Shown: positions 40,087 through 50,239 of the stretch, in pieces
How the letters are laid out: every line of letters begins with the position of its first letter
Numbering within the stretch: position 1 is the stretch's first letter
NCBI GenBank assembly: GCA_963662585.1
Contig: OY759729.1
Location: 416,001-480,000, forward strand
Origin: Candidatus Cloacimonadales bacterium
Lineage (GTDB): Bacteria; Cloacimonadota; Cloacimonadia; Cloacimonadales; JAFGVF01
Length of the DNA: 64,000 bases
Direction of reading: 5' to 3'
Made by a program: the position numbers and the translations under genes
Notes under the pieces: generated by a model
The model's input: the letters and a program-made list of their open reading frames with translations, nothing else
Database searches by the model: none
What the model was told of the DNA's origin: nothing

Positions 40087-41433
40087 ATGAGTAAATTAAT
40101 GATTAGTGTTTCAGGTATTAGAGGAATTTATGGTGAGAGTTTAACCCCAGATTTAGCAGTCAAGTTTGCAGCTAAATTCGGGACTATATGTGGTAGAGGT
40201 AAAATTATTATTGGAAGAGATTCCCGCACTACAGGCGAAGCTCTCATGCATGCTATTGTTTCAGGATTACTCTCAGTAGGATGTGATGTAGTTAATTTGG
40301 GAATAGTCTCGACTCCAACAGTACTCCTTGCAGTAGAAGAATCTAATGCTATGGGTGGCTTAGCTATTACCGCTTCTCACAACCCCCAAAACTGGAATGC
40401 TTTTAAATTAGTTGATCACAATGGTATGTTCTTTTTCCCTGAAAGAGCTGAAGCCTATAAGCAATCCTTAGACACAGCTGTAGAATATGCTAGCTGGGAT
40501 AAAATGGGAAAATACTCTGAGGACTTTACAGCAACCGAAAGACATATTCAGAAAGTTTTAGATATACCCTACTTGGATATCGAACAGATTAGAGAAAAAA
40601 AATTCAAAGTTGTGCTTGATTCTGTTAATGGTGCTGGCGGATTAATCTCTCCAAAATTATTAAAAGCTCTTGGTTGTGAAGTTATTGAAATGAATAGTGA
40701 GCCAACAGGACACTTTGCTCATGTTGCTGAACCCCTAAAAGAAAATCTTACAGACCTTTGTCGTGTTGTTAAAGAAGAAAAAGCTGATATCGGCTTTGCT
40801 ACTGACCCAGATGTTGACCGCCTCGCAGTAGTCGATAATAAGGGTGATTATATCGGGGAAGAATTCTCTCTATTACTAGCAGAAAAATTTGTCTTACCTA
40901 TCAATAAAGGCGATGTTGTTTTAAATTTATCCTCCTCCATGGCCACAGATGATATAGCTAAAGAGTATGGAGTGAATGTTCATAGAACCAAAGTTGGTGA
41001 AATTAATGTAGGGAAAAAGATGAAAGAAATTAAAGCTCCAATTGGGGGTGAAGGGAACGGGGGAATTATTATTCCTGAAGTACACTACACTCGAGACGCT
41101 CCAGCTGGGATGGCTATCATTTTAGCCCTTCTCGCAAGAGAAAACCGTCCCCTCACTGAAATAGTGAATGATATCCCTCATTATTACTTCCATAAAGCTA
41201 AAATTGAAACAAAAGCTGACTTATTAGATCCTATCATAGCTAAAGCTCACCAAATCTATGCTGACTATGAAAAAGATCTACAAGACGGACTTAAAATTAT
41301 TGGAGAAGATTTCTGGATTCATATTAGAAAATCAGGAACTGAACCTATAATCAGAGTCTATGTTGAATCTCCATCAGCAGCAAGGTCTAAAGAGATTGCA
41401 GAAGATACGATTGCTAAAATTACTAATATCTAG
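40087..41433 (+). CDS. glmM: Phosphoglucosamine mutase / phosphohexomutase
   Basis: SVSGIRG, ITASHNP, DPDVDR, GGEGNGG, RKSGTEP. Start 40087 follows GAGGAG. Confidence 0.85.
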   Translation: MSKLMISVSGIRGIYGESLTPDLAVKFAAKFGTICGRGKIIIGRDSRTTGEALMHAIVSGLLSVGCDVVNLGIVSTPTVLLAVEESNAMGGLAITASHNPQNWNAFKLVDHNGMFFFPERAEAYKQSLDTAVEYASWDKMGKYSEDFTATERHIQKVLDIPYLDIEQIREKKFKVVLDSVNGAGGLISPKLLKALGCEVIEMNSEPTGHFAHVAEPLKENLTDLCRVVKEEKADIGFATDPDVDRLAVVDNKGDYIGEEFSLLLAEKFVLPINKGDVVLNLSSSMATDDIAKEYGVNVHRTKVGEINVGKKMKEIKAPIGGEGNGGIIIPEVHYTRDAPAGMAIILALLARENRPLTEIVNDIPHYYFHKAKIETKADLLDPIIAKAHQIYADYEKDLQDGLKIIGEDFWIHIRKSGTEPIIRVYVESPSAARSKEIAEDTIAKITNI

Positions 41434-41467
41434 TTATAAATCTTAACTTAAAAAATAAAAGAAGGTT

Positions 41468-41893
41468 CTCTCTCAAGTAGAGTGGAACTAAATCTAATAG
41501 TAAATCAAGAAACTTCAAAATCTTCTTAGCTGCAGAGGCAGCGGCACATCTAAGGCTTTTTGTGTCGCTGCCTCTGCAGCTTAGGTAATTGTTTGACATC
41601 TGCTATCTACAAAGATTTCGCTCCTCTGGAGCTTAGGTAATTGTTTGACATCTGCTATCTACAAAGATTTCGCTCCTCTGGAGCTTAGGTAATTGTTTGA
41701 CATCTGCTATCTACAAAGATTTCGCTGCCTCTGCAGCTTAGGTAATTGTTTGGCATCTGTTATCTACAAAGATTTCGCTGCCTCTGCAGCTGGTAGAATG
41801 GTACATTTTTATAGTCCTGTATCTGTTGTGAACCTAGCATACTTCAAAGATACTTTTATTACTTTTTTTTCTAAGCCCCACATTACTTGAAAG
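41468..41893 (+). repeat. Dispersed element containing an expanded REP array (an inverted REP pair plus four 52/53-bp units)
   Basis: Hairpin GCTGCCTCTGCAGC / GCTCCTCTGGAGC recurs at 41566, 41619, 41671, 41723 and 41776; inverted copy at 41528-41548. Flanks match 57366-57546 on the minus strand. Confidence 0.9.
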
Positions 41894-42026
41894 AGTGCCT
41901 AAAAGAAAGCTCCTAAATCTCCCTCTCATGAGGGGGCGCTAGGAGCTTTTTTACCTATACATTGCTAAAAGAAAGCTAAAACAAATAAATTTTATCTGTT
42001 TTAGCTTTAAATTATTATCTAAAAAA

Positions 42027-42836
42027 CTATTTTTTTACTGATTCAACAATTTTAGCTGAAATCTTATTAATCTTTTCTAAATCTTCAATAGTATAGAATT
42101 GATTTTCTTCCACACTATAAATGATATCTTTAATCATGGTATAGCCTTCTGTAGCAACGCTATAATATTTAGCTTCTTTGATTTTGGTTGATTGAATTAG
42201 GGTTAAGTTGTTTATCAAGGAGTTAACTATACCTCTTTGATTAATAATTTTAGCACCTTTTTCATCCCAATTCTTAAGGTATAAGGAAGAAATTCTATAC
42301 AAACCTTCAGACCATCCACCTAATTGCATTAAAGTGTACTGATCTAACATTTCTTCTTGGTAGAAAGCTAATTCAACTTCTGTCTGATAATTGATGATTA
42401 ATTTTTCTAAATGAAGCCATTTATCTTCATCATTGTTACTCAAAACATTTTGAATTTCATCTGCCATTCTTAAGATTTCATCTTTGAGACCGATATTCTT
42501 AGAATATTCCATCAAAACTTCAGTGTAGCCTTTAAGCTTTGATTCATCTCTAGAACTGATTGCCATTACAGCATCTGCACTAATAACGCCAATTGCAAAA
42601 GATTGTTCGTAGACATTTTCACTAACCCTGTAAGCTTCTACTGGGGTTTGTAAAGCTAACTCTTTTGAAACAGGACGAAGACTCTCTAGAACATTTTTGA
42701 AAGGTAAAGGATCCATTCTGATTTGATAATCAAAAGTTTCCTTCTTATCCTGAGTCTTAGTCTCACTCTTTTCACCACAAGCTATCAAAGCAATCAAAAC
42801 AACTAATACTAATATCGCTGATATTATTTTACGCAT
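42027..42836 (-). CDS. Lipoprotein, helical, unknown function
   Basis: Lipobox LIAC; LGGWSEGLY motif; directly downstream of the ABC fusion. Confidence 0.75.
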   Translation of the reverse strand: MRKIISAILVLVVLIALIACGEKSETKTQDKKETFDYQIRMDPLPFKNVLESLRPVSKELALQTPVEAYRVSENVYEQSFAIGVISADAVMAISSRDESKLKGYTEVLMEYSKNIGLKDEILRMADEIQNVLSNNDEDKWLHLEKLIINYQTEVELAFYQEEMLDQYTLMQLGGWSEGLYRISSLYLKNWDEKGAKIINQRGIVNSLINNLTLIQSTKIKEAKYYSVATEGYTMIKDIIYSVEENQFYTIEDLEKINKISAKIVESVKK

Positions 42837-42862
42837 AGTTTCTCCTTCTGTAATATATCTTT

Positions 42863-45800
42863 CTATTCATTATAATAATATTTTAGCCGAATCCCAATCA
42901 TAAGATTGATAATCATTATATAAATCAAGATTATGACTATATTAACTGACACAGTTTTAACTTCAATTCCCCCAAATGACTTTTGCGGAGAAATAAAGAT
43001 ATTCTTCTTCTGATTTAAAAATCTACCATACATCATATCAACTATTAAGTTAATATCTTTATTAGTAAATTTATTCTTAGGATATCTAATATTAACTTCT
43101 TCCCGTAGCTCATATTTTTCATCCATTAACTCTATTTTACTAAAATCCGAACTTTTCTCAAGTGTCAACACTTTTTTATCAATTTTAAGTAATTCTTTAT
43201 TATTAACACTTTCAGTAGAATATCCTGTAACTAATCCTTCAAATAACCAGCGCGATGGGATTGTTTGAACTACTTCAGGTATAGGATTTTGCTTGATTAT
43301 TGTCAGGTTACGGTTCATTTTATCAAATTGAATAACTGCTCCCCCAAAAATAATCTGAGGGATCAAAATCAAAGGTAAAATATTTATTATTCCCTTAGTA
43401 TCATTTATGAATGATGAGAATAATAAGCCAATTGAAAGACCTATTAATCCAGAAAGAGAAAAATACAAGACATTCAAGAAGAAAAATCCCTTTATCTCAA
43501 GAATAGTCGAACTTATTAAATGATATAACAAGGCCTGGACTACAGTAAAAATACTCATCACCATAAACTTAGAAATATGATAATGTGAAATTTTGAGATT
43601 TCTTACTTTCTCTCGGAGAATAAACTTCCTTTCCTCTAAGACCTCATGAATACTGTTGGTCATACCAAAAAATACAAAAATAATGATACTTACAAAAAGA
43701 AAAAGTGTTATATTGCTGTTTTCATAAAATGAGTATTTATCACTTGTAGGTGCTAGCCTAAGAATATAAGCGACCATCAAAGCTAATAAAGGTGCTTCAA
43801 TAAAAGTAATTAATAGATTTGTCTTGTTTCGCAGTTTATTAACTAAATTTCTGTGTAGATAAGTTGAAAATTGAACTAATCTAGCATAATAAGATAGCTT
43901 TTTGCGATATTTAATCTTCTTCTTCTCAACTTTTAGTTCTTCAGTAGTATCTTCTTTGGTAATTAACTGAAAAAGAATCTTTCTCTTATACTTATCTCTC
44001 CAATATTCAGATGAGAACTTCCGCTTAGTTACAACTTGTTGATTTATCTGTTCGAATTTGATATTACCCCGAATATCGTATTCAGGAAACAAGATAATAT
44101 CATAGAAGAAATCAGGATTAGTATCTTTTACCTTCTGCTCTAAAAGGTTCTTACGGAATTTAATGACTTCTAATTCTTCTTCAAAGTAGGCAAAAGCTTG
44201 GGATGGAGAGCCAAAGAAAACCTCTTTTCCCCCATTATCCATTAAAAGTACTTTAGAGAATTTTTTGAAAATATAAGCATTAGGCTGATGAACCGTAATA
44301 ATTACTATCCTGTTCTGCCTTCTCTGCTCATGTAGCAATTCAATTATCTGTTCTGCATCAAAAGAAGATAAACCGGAAGTGGGTTCATCACATACTAAGA
44401 CTATAGGTTCAAAGAGCAACTCTAAAGCTATGTTGAGTCGCTTTCTCTGTCCACCACTCAATATCTTATTTCTATCATCGCCAACCAAAGTATTTCTTTT
44501 ATGAGCTAAAGTTACTTGGTTAAGGATATTATCAATTTTGAGGATTAACTGATTTTGAGGCACATTAGGCATTCTTAAACGACCATAAAAGTACATGTTC
44601 TCAAAAACAGTTAGATTAGCAAAAATCATATCTTCTTGTGGTACATAACCAAAATACTGCATAAACTCTGATCTATTTTTGTAGAGGAGTTTACCATCAA
44701 CTTCAATCTTACCATGAGTAGGTTGAAATTCTGCTACAATCGCTTTTAGCAGGGTAGATTTTCCACAGCCAGAAGGACCTAGAATACCTATTAACTCCCC
44801 TCTCTTAGCATTAAAAGAGATATTATCTAAGCCCACACTTTTATCATTATGATAGTGTTTTACAGCTGTTACTTCTAAATTATTAATTTCAAAAGGTACT
44901 TCAACCAAATCAAAGAAATTGTTAATGCGAAAATTAAAATTCTTGTTATTTCTTAGTTGCTGTTTCACTCTATTTTTTATGTGTTTACCTAATCTGACAT
45001 CTTCTTTTCTGGATAATTTATCTAAGGAAAGATGGCTTCCTTTCAAATCTTCAATAGTTATTATATCTTCATTTAGATGAATTATCTTATCTGTAGCAAA
45101 CTCTTCTCCATTTATGAGAAAATTAACGCTCTTCTTAAGAGGAATAAAGTGGTAATTATTATTTCTATTCTCTATCTGAGCAATTGCTTTTTCACTAGGA
45201 TGCTTGACTAAACTATAAAAACCATTATCGAGATTAAGAAAAATCACATCCGGAGCAATATCATCAATACCTATTCTTTCTTTTTCATCAAGAACATCAA
45301 TTAAGGAAAAAGCTGCATATCCCTTGATGCGCAACTTATCATCCCAGAAGATGGGAATATCACGATTGTAAGATACAGATTTTCCATTTCTGTAGACATA
45401 ACCCCTTCTTACATTAAGATAAAACTTGTTTCCTTCACAAGTTATCTTAAAATCATAATCTGATTTGGTGAAGTTTATCACATCACTATTATTTATATTA
45501 TGCATTAATTTACGCACAAACAAGGTATTAAATTTTAACTTTTGAATCTCTATCTTACTCTCAGCAGGGAGATAGTAAATATGATTTGCCCGTAACTCAT
45601 TTCCACTAAGCTTAACCCCAGGCTTTTGTCCTGCTATCATGAAATAATTATTATCAATACCAAATATAACAAACTCAATATTAGCTACTAAGGGGTCTTT
45701 AAATCGCATATTACAGCGTTCTGACCTGCCTATAACTAAGTAATCGGTAAATAATGAATTCTCAAATTGGAAAATAGAAGAGATATCTGTAATTCTAAGC

Positions 45801-46210
45801 GGTGCAGTTGTCTTGAGCTCTAGATTCCTCATTAAGTCCATATATCCTGAGCCTTCAATCTTAAAATACTTCATCATAGATTGAATAGAGGAAATTTCAT
45901 ACATTTCGAAATCACTATCTGAAAAAGCCATTATAATTAAAGTAAAGATAACTCTTATTTTATCTAGCTGGTTTAAATTATGATTAAGAAAGTTGATCAC
46001 TTTTACAAGATCATACTCTTCATTCATAATCTCTTTAATATAGACTTCCCAAGAGATTGGTAAATCCTTAAAAAGGTTTAATAATAATGGATATAGAATA
46101 TCAATTTCATTCTTCTTAATTTCAGCATCTGACCTGATTATATGAACATAAAACCTGGTCAACATATCTACTAATTCATTCTTTTTATTTCCGTTAGATA
46201 ATTCTTTCAT
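42863..46210 (-). CDS. Fused ABC transporter: TerB-like domain + FHA-like domains + ATPase + ABC-2 permease
   Basis: Walker A GPSGCGKST, YVPQED, LSGGQRKRLNIALEL, DEPTSGL; six TM; LILIPQIIFGG; N-terminal SDAEIKKNE and IGRSERC segments. Confidence 0.85.
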   Translation of the reverse strand: MKELSNGNKKNELVDMLTRFYVHIIRSDAEIKKNEIDILYPLLLNLFKDLPISWEVYIKEIMNEEYDLVKVINFLNHNLNQLDKIRVIFTLIIMAFSDSDFEMYEISSIQSMMKYFKIEGSGYMDLMRNLELKTTAPLRITDISSIFQFENSLFTDYLVIGRSERCNMRFKDPLVANIEFVIFGIDNNYFMIAGQKPGVKLSGNELRANHIYYLPAESKIEIQKLKFNTLFVRKLMHNINNSDVINFTKSDYDFKITCEGNKFYLNVRRGYVYRNGKSVSYNRDIPIFWDDKLRIKGYAAFSLIDVLDEKERIGIDDIAPDVIFLNLDNGFYSLVKHPSEKAIAQIENRNNNYHFIPLKKSVNFLINGEEFATDKIIHLNEDIITIEDLKGSHLSLDKLSRKEDVRLGKHIKNRVKQQLRNNKNFNFRINNFFDLVEVPFEINNLEVTAVKHYHNDKSVGLDNISFNAKRGELIGILGPSGCGKSTLLKAIVAEFQPTHGKIEVDGKLLYKNRSEFMQYFGYVPQEDMIFANLTVFENMYFYGRLRMPNVPQNQLILKIDNILNQVTLAHKRNTLVGDDRNKILSGGQRKRLNIALELLFEPIVLVCDEPTSGLSSFDAEQIIELLHEQRRQNRIVIITVHQPNAYIFKKFSKVLLMDNGGKEVFFGSPSQAFAYFEEELEVIKFRKNLLEQKVKDTNPDFFYDIILFPEYDIRGNIKFEQINQQVVTKRKFSSEYWRDKYKRKILFQLITKEDTTEELKVEKKKIKYRKKLSYYARLVQFSTYLHRNLVNKLRNKTNLLITFIEAPLLALMVAYILRLAPTSDKYSFYENSNITLFLFVSIIIFVFFGMTNSIHEVLEERKFILREKVRNLKISHYHISKFMVMSIFTVVQALLYHLISSTILEIKGFFFLNVLYFSLSGLIGLSIGLLFSSFINDTKGIINILPLILIPQIIFGGAVIQFDKMNRNLTIIKQNPIPEVVQTIPSRWLFEGLVTGYSTESVNNKELLKIDKKVLTLEKSSDFSKIELMDEKYELREEVNIRYPKNKFTNKDINLIVDMMYGRFLNQKKNIFISPQKSFGGIEVKTVSVNIVIILIYIMIINLMIGIRLKYYYNE

Positions 46211-47401
46211 TTAGTCTTCTCTTATTGTTAAATATGAATCTCGTTCCTGACGGCATGACTTACAATCATGCCTCCGACAATAGTAATTCATTAAGTAATA
46301 TAAGCCTTGATAATAAATCTCTTTATTCTCTAAGTTCATTCTTTGATAATCACTTATCTTATTCATAAAGGAGTTTGATATCCGGTTATTACCTATTTTA
46401 GGGAATTTTATTAAATATTGATTAATCTTGGCAAGATTTTTTTTATGTTTTAAATCTACAACCAAAGAGTACAAGAATGGTAATAAGGAATTATAGATAA
46501 TAATTTTAGTCATTTCTCGGCCAAATCTCTTCTCGGCAAATCTTGAATTTAACATTGATTCTATCTTAACTATAAAATCTTGCACAGAAAGAGAAGCATT
46601 GAAAGAATCCCAAACTACTATTGCAAGATTCTCCTGCCTTAATGACCATCTTAATTGAATATACTCAGTTACCCGCTTAGCAGGGTGAGAGGCAGGTCTA
46701 ATGCGAAATTTCTGCCATATACTACTATTACTATTATTTTCAGTTAAGCCTATTTGACTTAGAATTTTCTCACTATATGCAAGTAAGTCTCTATCTGATA
46801 AGGAGATTAATTCCCTTTTCTTTACCTTACTGGCGAGTAATTTCATTCCTAACTTATTATTAGGAGAGCCTAGTGCTCCAGCGATTGCTTTATAAATGGA
46901 TTCTTCATAAGGTTCAAGATAGCTGATTTGGCGGACTAACTCAGCTTTTGCTTTTAATCTCTTTTGACCACAATTTAACAAAACATAATTTAATTGATGT
47001 TTATCTAAGCCACTAAAGAAATGGCAGTCATAGGCTATTTTTTGCGGAATATCTTTTTCAGGTAGGTAGAATTCAGAAAGAAGCAGAGTAGGAATTGTTT
47101 GTTGAGAATTGGTCAATACTTGACTATTATCATTTTCCCAAATTAGGTGTAGAATGACCTTATTATATTCTGGATCATTTTGATGTTTATGATTAAGCCA
47201 GTCTCTTTTCTTGATATGGATTTCCACATCTCCATGGTACTCTTTATCTCCAATCTTGAGAGTAGCATCTTTAAAATCTGCTCCCCTGTCACTATTAAGA
47301 TTACCTGGATAGATAACCCTAACTTGCTCACCTGAAGTTGTATATAAATCATGGTTCAGTTTTTGATAAGCCCAGATTGAATACAACTCATTCTCTCTCA
47401 T
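46211..47401 (-). CDS. DUF2851-like protein
   Basis: YPGNLN..GADF, GDVEIH...DW..H.H..DP.Y..VILH, RPASHP..R, C-terminal CxxxxCxxC. Confidence 0.8.
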   Translation of the reverse strand: MRENELYSIWAYQKLNHDLYTTSGEQVRVIYPGNLNSDRGADFKDATLKIGDKEYHGDVEIHIKKRDWLNHKHQNDPEYNKVILHLIWENDNSQVLTNSQQTIPTLLLSEFYLPEKDIPQKIAYDCHFFSGLDKHQLNYVLLNCGQKRLKAKAELVRQISYLEPYEESIYKAIAGALGSPNNKLGMKLLASKVKKRELISLSDRDLLAYSEKILSQIGLTENNSNSSIWQKFRIRPASHPAKRVTEYIQLRWSLRQENLAIVVWDSFNASLSVQDFIVKIESMLNSRFAEKRFGREMTKIIIYNSLLPFLYSLVVDLKHKKNLAKINQYLIKFPKIGNNRISNSFMNKISDYQRMNLENKEIYYQGLYYLMNYYCRRHDCKSCRQERDSYLTIRED

Positions 47402-47402
47402 G

Positions 47403-48137
47403 TTATTTCTCTTCTATATAATAACGAATTAGGTAGGAAGCCAGCATCATTCCCATTATAGCTGGATAGTAAGATATTGAGCCTACAAGTGTTCTGTCTC
47501 GTCCTCTGCTATTTGCTTCCACAGCTTCACCTCTCCCCTCTTTCAAATAATCTTTTATTGGTAATTCCTCTGAATAGACAACAGGAATTCCTTTAGAAAT
47601 ACCTCTCTTTCTAAGATATTTACGCACTCTACTGGCGAGAGTACAGTTCTTGCTCTTGGATAAATCAGCAATTTTTATCTTACTAGGGTCTAATCTATTA
47701 CCAGCCCCCATACTAGAAACAACTTTTATACCTTTGTTATAGCAATCTTCTAAGAGACCGACTTTAGGCCCTAAGCTATCTATTGCATCCACGACAAAAT
47801 CAACTCTATCCAATACTTCTAATCTCAGCTTTTCATCGAAAAACTCTGTGATTATCTCAACTTCAGCTTCAGGATTAATATCTAAGACTCTCTCACGGAA
47901 AAGTTCACTTTTTAACTTGCCTACCGTGCTATGCAAGGCAATAATCTGACGATTAATATTGCTTTCACTAACTACATCAAAATCAACTAAAATGAACTTT
48001 TTGAAACCTGCTCTGGCTAATCCTTCTACAGCATAGCCTCCAACTCCACCTAAACCAACTACTAATATTCTCTGTTCTTGGAAGCCTAATAGAGACTTCT
48101 CATCAACTATCAAACTACTTCTTTGATAAAGACTCAA
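47403..48137 (-). CDS. tcdA: tRNA threonylcarbamoyladenosine dehydratase (ThiF family)
   Basis: GLGGVG, SNINRQ, DAIDS, SSMGAG, VYSEE. Confidence 0.9.
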   Translation of the reverse strand: MSLYQRSSLIVDEKSLLGFQEQRILVVGLGGVGGYAVEGLARAGFKKFILVDFDVVSESNINRQIIALHSTVGKLKSELFRERVLDINPEAEVEIITEFFDEKLRLEVLDRVDFVVDAIDSLGPKVGLLEDCYNKGIKVVSSMGAGNRLDPSKIKIADLSKSKNCTLASRVRKYLRKRGISKGIPVVYSEELPIKDYLKEGRGEAVEANSRGRDRTLVGSISYYPAIMGMMLASYLIRYYIEEK

Positions 48138-48843
48138 AATTCCCCTTCAAGAGATTACTAAAATTACTGACTTGAATCTCTCTTAATTCCTCTATACTTA
48201 TATTATAATCTCTTTGCAAAGTACTTGCAACTATTTTTACACTAGTTAAATCGCCAGCATCTGGAGCATCACTTTCTAGGAAGTACCTTTTACTGGCTAA
48301 AATAGCCCTAATAACTTTTTCTTTCTTAGGATTATTTAGTATTCTCATACTTAAAGAGAAGTAAAAGCCTAGTTTATCTAATTCTTGAAATACTTCATAA
48401 GAAGAGTTAAAACCATGAATTATTTTCATATTTCGAAGTTTAACTTCTTTTTGTAGTTTAATAAACTCATATTCCTGACCTACAAGATGATAAAGAGTCG
48501 GTAAATCATATTCCCCTGCTCTCTCTATTTGAATTTTTAGCAAAGCTAATTGCTTTACTAAATCAGGATAATTTCTATCTAAACCAATCTCACCCATACC
48601 CACAACTTTATCATAAGGAAATAAATCACAATACTTTCTTAACTCCTCTTGGCTCATAGCAATATCTCGAGGATGAAGTCCAGCAAACCAGTACTTTAAT
48701 CCTAATTTCTCATGAAGTAAAATCTCTTTTCTGTTAAGAGCTGTAGAGACATGGATTATCTCCTGTTCTCTATCCAAGTTACTAAGTTCAAGCTTATTTT
48801 CATATTCAGCTAGATGACAGTGGATATCAATCAGTTGACTCAT
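48115..48843 (-). CDS. TatD-family hydrolase
   Basis: DIHCH, GLHP, GEIGLD, IIHGF, LESDAP. Confidence 0.9.
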   Translation of the reverse strand: MSQLIDIHCHLAEYENKLELSNLDREQEIIHVSTALNRKEILLHEKLGLKYWFAGLHPRDIAMSQEELRKYCDLFPYDKVVGMGEIGLDRNYPDLVKQLALLKIQIERAGEYDLPTLYHLVGQEYEFIKLQKEVKLRNMKIIHGFNSSYEVFQELDKLGFYFSLSMRILNNPKKEKVIRAILASKRYFLESDAPDAGDLTSVKIVASTLQRDYNISIEELREIQVSNFSNLLKGNFESLSKK

Positions 48844-48874
48844 AATTAATTATTACTAATTGCTTTAGCTAGCA

Positions 48875-49633
48875 TTACTTATGAGAATCAAATATTACTT
48901 TAGTTAAATTCTCTTGTTTTACATACTCTCTAATGAATAATAGATCAGGATGAAAATCTAACTCACCCCAGTGGTCAGGACTACATTCAGACATGTGAAC
49001 AGAATACCCTTTGTCGATTATAGTTTGGATAGCACTTAAGTAGAATAGATTAATATTCTCTTTCTGTCTTACCATAGACTCCAAAGTATCAACATAGATT
49101 TTTCTTCCAAGTCCTGTGAACTTAATAATTCCCACCGACTCCCCATTAGCCTCACTAATTGGAATCTGCTTGCTTACTTTTCGGACTAAAGATCGTTCGT
49201 GAATTATCTTCATATCATCTTCATCATACTTTTCTTTATAATCTACGACCATAGTTATTTGTTCTGGACTCTTCAATAGATTCTCTATAATTGTAGGGTT
49301 AAAGATATCATCACCATTAATAGTAATAAAATCTTCATTCATATAATATCTTGCCATCCATACTGATATCAGGTTATTAGAGATATCATAGAAGGGATTA
49401 TAGACAATATCAATGTTAAAATCACCTCGATATTTATCTATTTTAGCTTCAATTTGTAGGGCTAAGTAGCCAACAATTATGGTTATATCTCTGATATTAT
49501 TCTCTTTCAAACTGTGTAATTGCGATTCTAACAGGGTAAGGCCATCGCCAATTTCTAACAGACTTTTTGGTGTATTCTTGGTTAAAGGATATAGTCTAGT
49601 TCCTTTTCCAGCTGCGATAATAATAGCTCTCAT
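48875..49633 (-). CDS. Phosphocholine/sugar-phosphate cytidylyltransferase (LicC-like)
   Basis: AIIIAAGKGTRL..T...PKSLL, YNPFY...NNL.S, INGD, GESVG, WGELD. Confidence 0.8.
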   Translation of the reverse strand: MRAIIIAAGKGTRLYPLTKNTPKSLLEIGDGLTLLESQLHSLKENNIRDITIIVGYLALQIEAKIDKYRGDFNIDIVYNPFYDISNNLISVWMARYYMNEDFITINGDDIFNPTIIENLLKSPEQITMVVDYKEKYDEDDMKIIHERSLVRKVSKQIPISEANGESVGIIKFTGLGRKIYVDTLESMVRQKENINLFYLSAIQTIIDKGYSVHMSECSPDHWGELDFHPDLLFIREYVKQENLTKVIFDSHK

Positions 49634-49636
49634 TTT

Positions 49637-50239
49637 CTATTTTCCTTTATTAACTATTGCGTTATCATCTTTCTTGTAATTCCACTCTTTTTGGGCTTCT
49701 TGCCATTTTCCATAACGGTAGCTTAAGTAATCTTCTACTTTTGCAGGGATAGAATAAGAGTGGCCATCAAATTCAACTTCTTTCAAATCTTCATAGAACT
49801 CAGCAGGAGCAGATTTTAGAACAATATTCTTGCCCCCAACTGTCCAGAAATACTTATCATCAACTTTCTTCTTAACAAAAATATCAAGAAGAGTAAAACC
49901 TTTGAGGAAGAAGAATTTTCTGGTTTGAACCTTCATTATTTTAACTTCCCCCTTTTTGAAAGGACCTATATCTTCTTTAAAATACCTAATTCTGGTTCTA
50001 AATCCTTTTTTCCATAACTCTTTTCGAGCTTTTAAAAGCTTTTCTAAATCAGAAGCTGGAACAGTTAGATCTAAATCATTATCCCAAGGTAAAAGTCTAT
50101 TCTCTCTAATAATACCTAGTAAAGTTCCCCCCTCAAGGATGTACTTTACCTTGTGCATTTCTAAAGCTTTAGCTGTTTCTAAAAGCATTTTTAAGGCTAT
50201 TTTAGCTATTTCACCTGTTAATTTTAATTTACCTGCCAT
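49637..50239 (-). CDS. licD: LicD-family phosphotransferase
   Basis: GGTLLGIIRE..LLPWDNDLD; YLSYRYG.W. Confidence 0.85.
   Translation of the reverse strand: MAGKLKLTGEIAKIALKMLLETAKALEMHKVKYILEGGTLLGIIRENRLLPWDNDLDLTVPASDLEKLLKARKELWKKGFRTRIRYFKEDIGPFKKGEVKIMKVQTRKFFFLKGFTLLDIFVKKKVDDKYFWTVGGKNIVLKSAPAEFYEDLKEVEFDGHSYSIPAKVEDYLSYRYGKWQEAQKEWNYKKDDNAIVNKGK

Noticed and set aside
41566..41790. CRISPR array
   Set aside because: Inter-hairpin sequences are near-identical. REP/BIME-like; ORFs 41693-41890, 57369-57590 and 57493-57771 are repeat artefacts.
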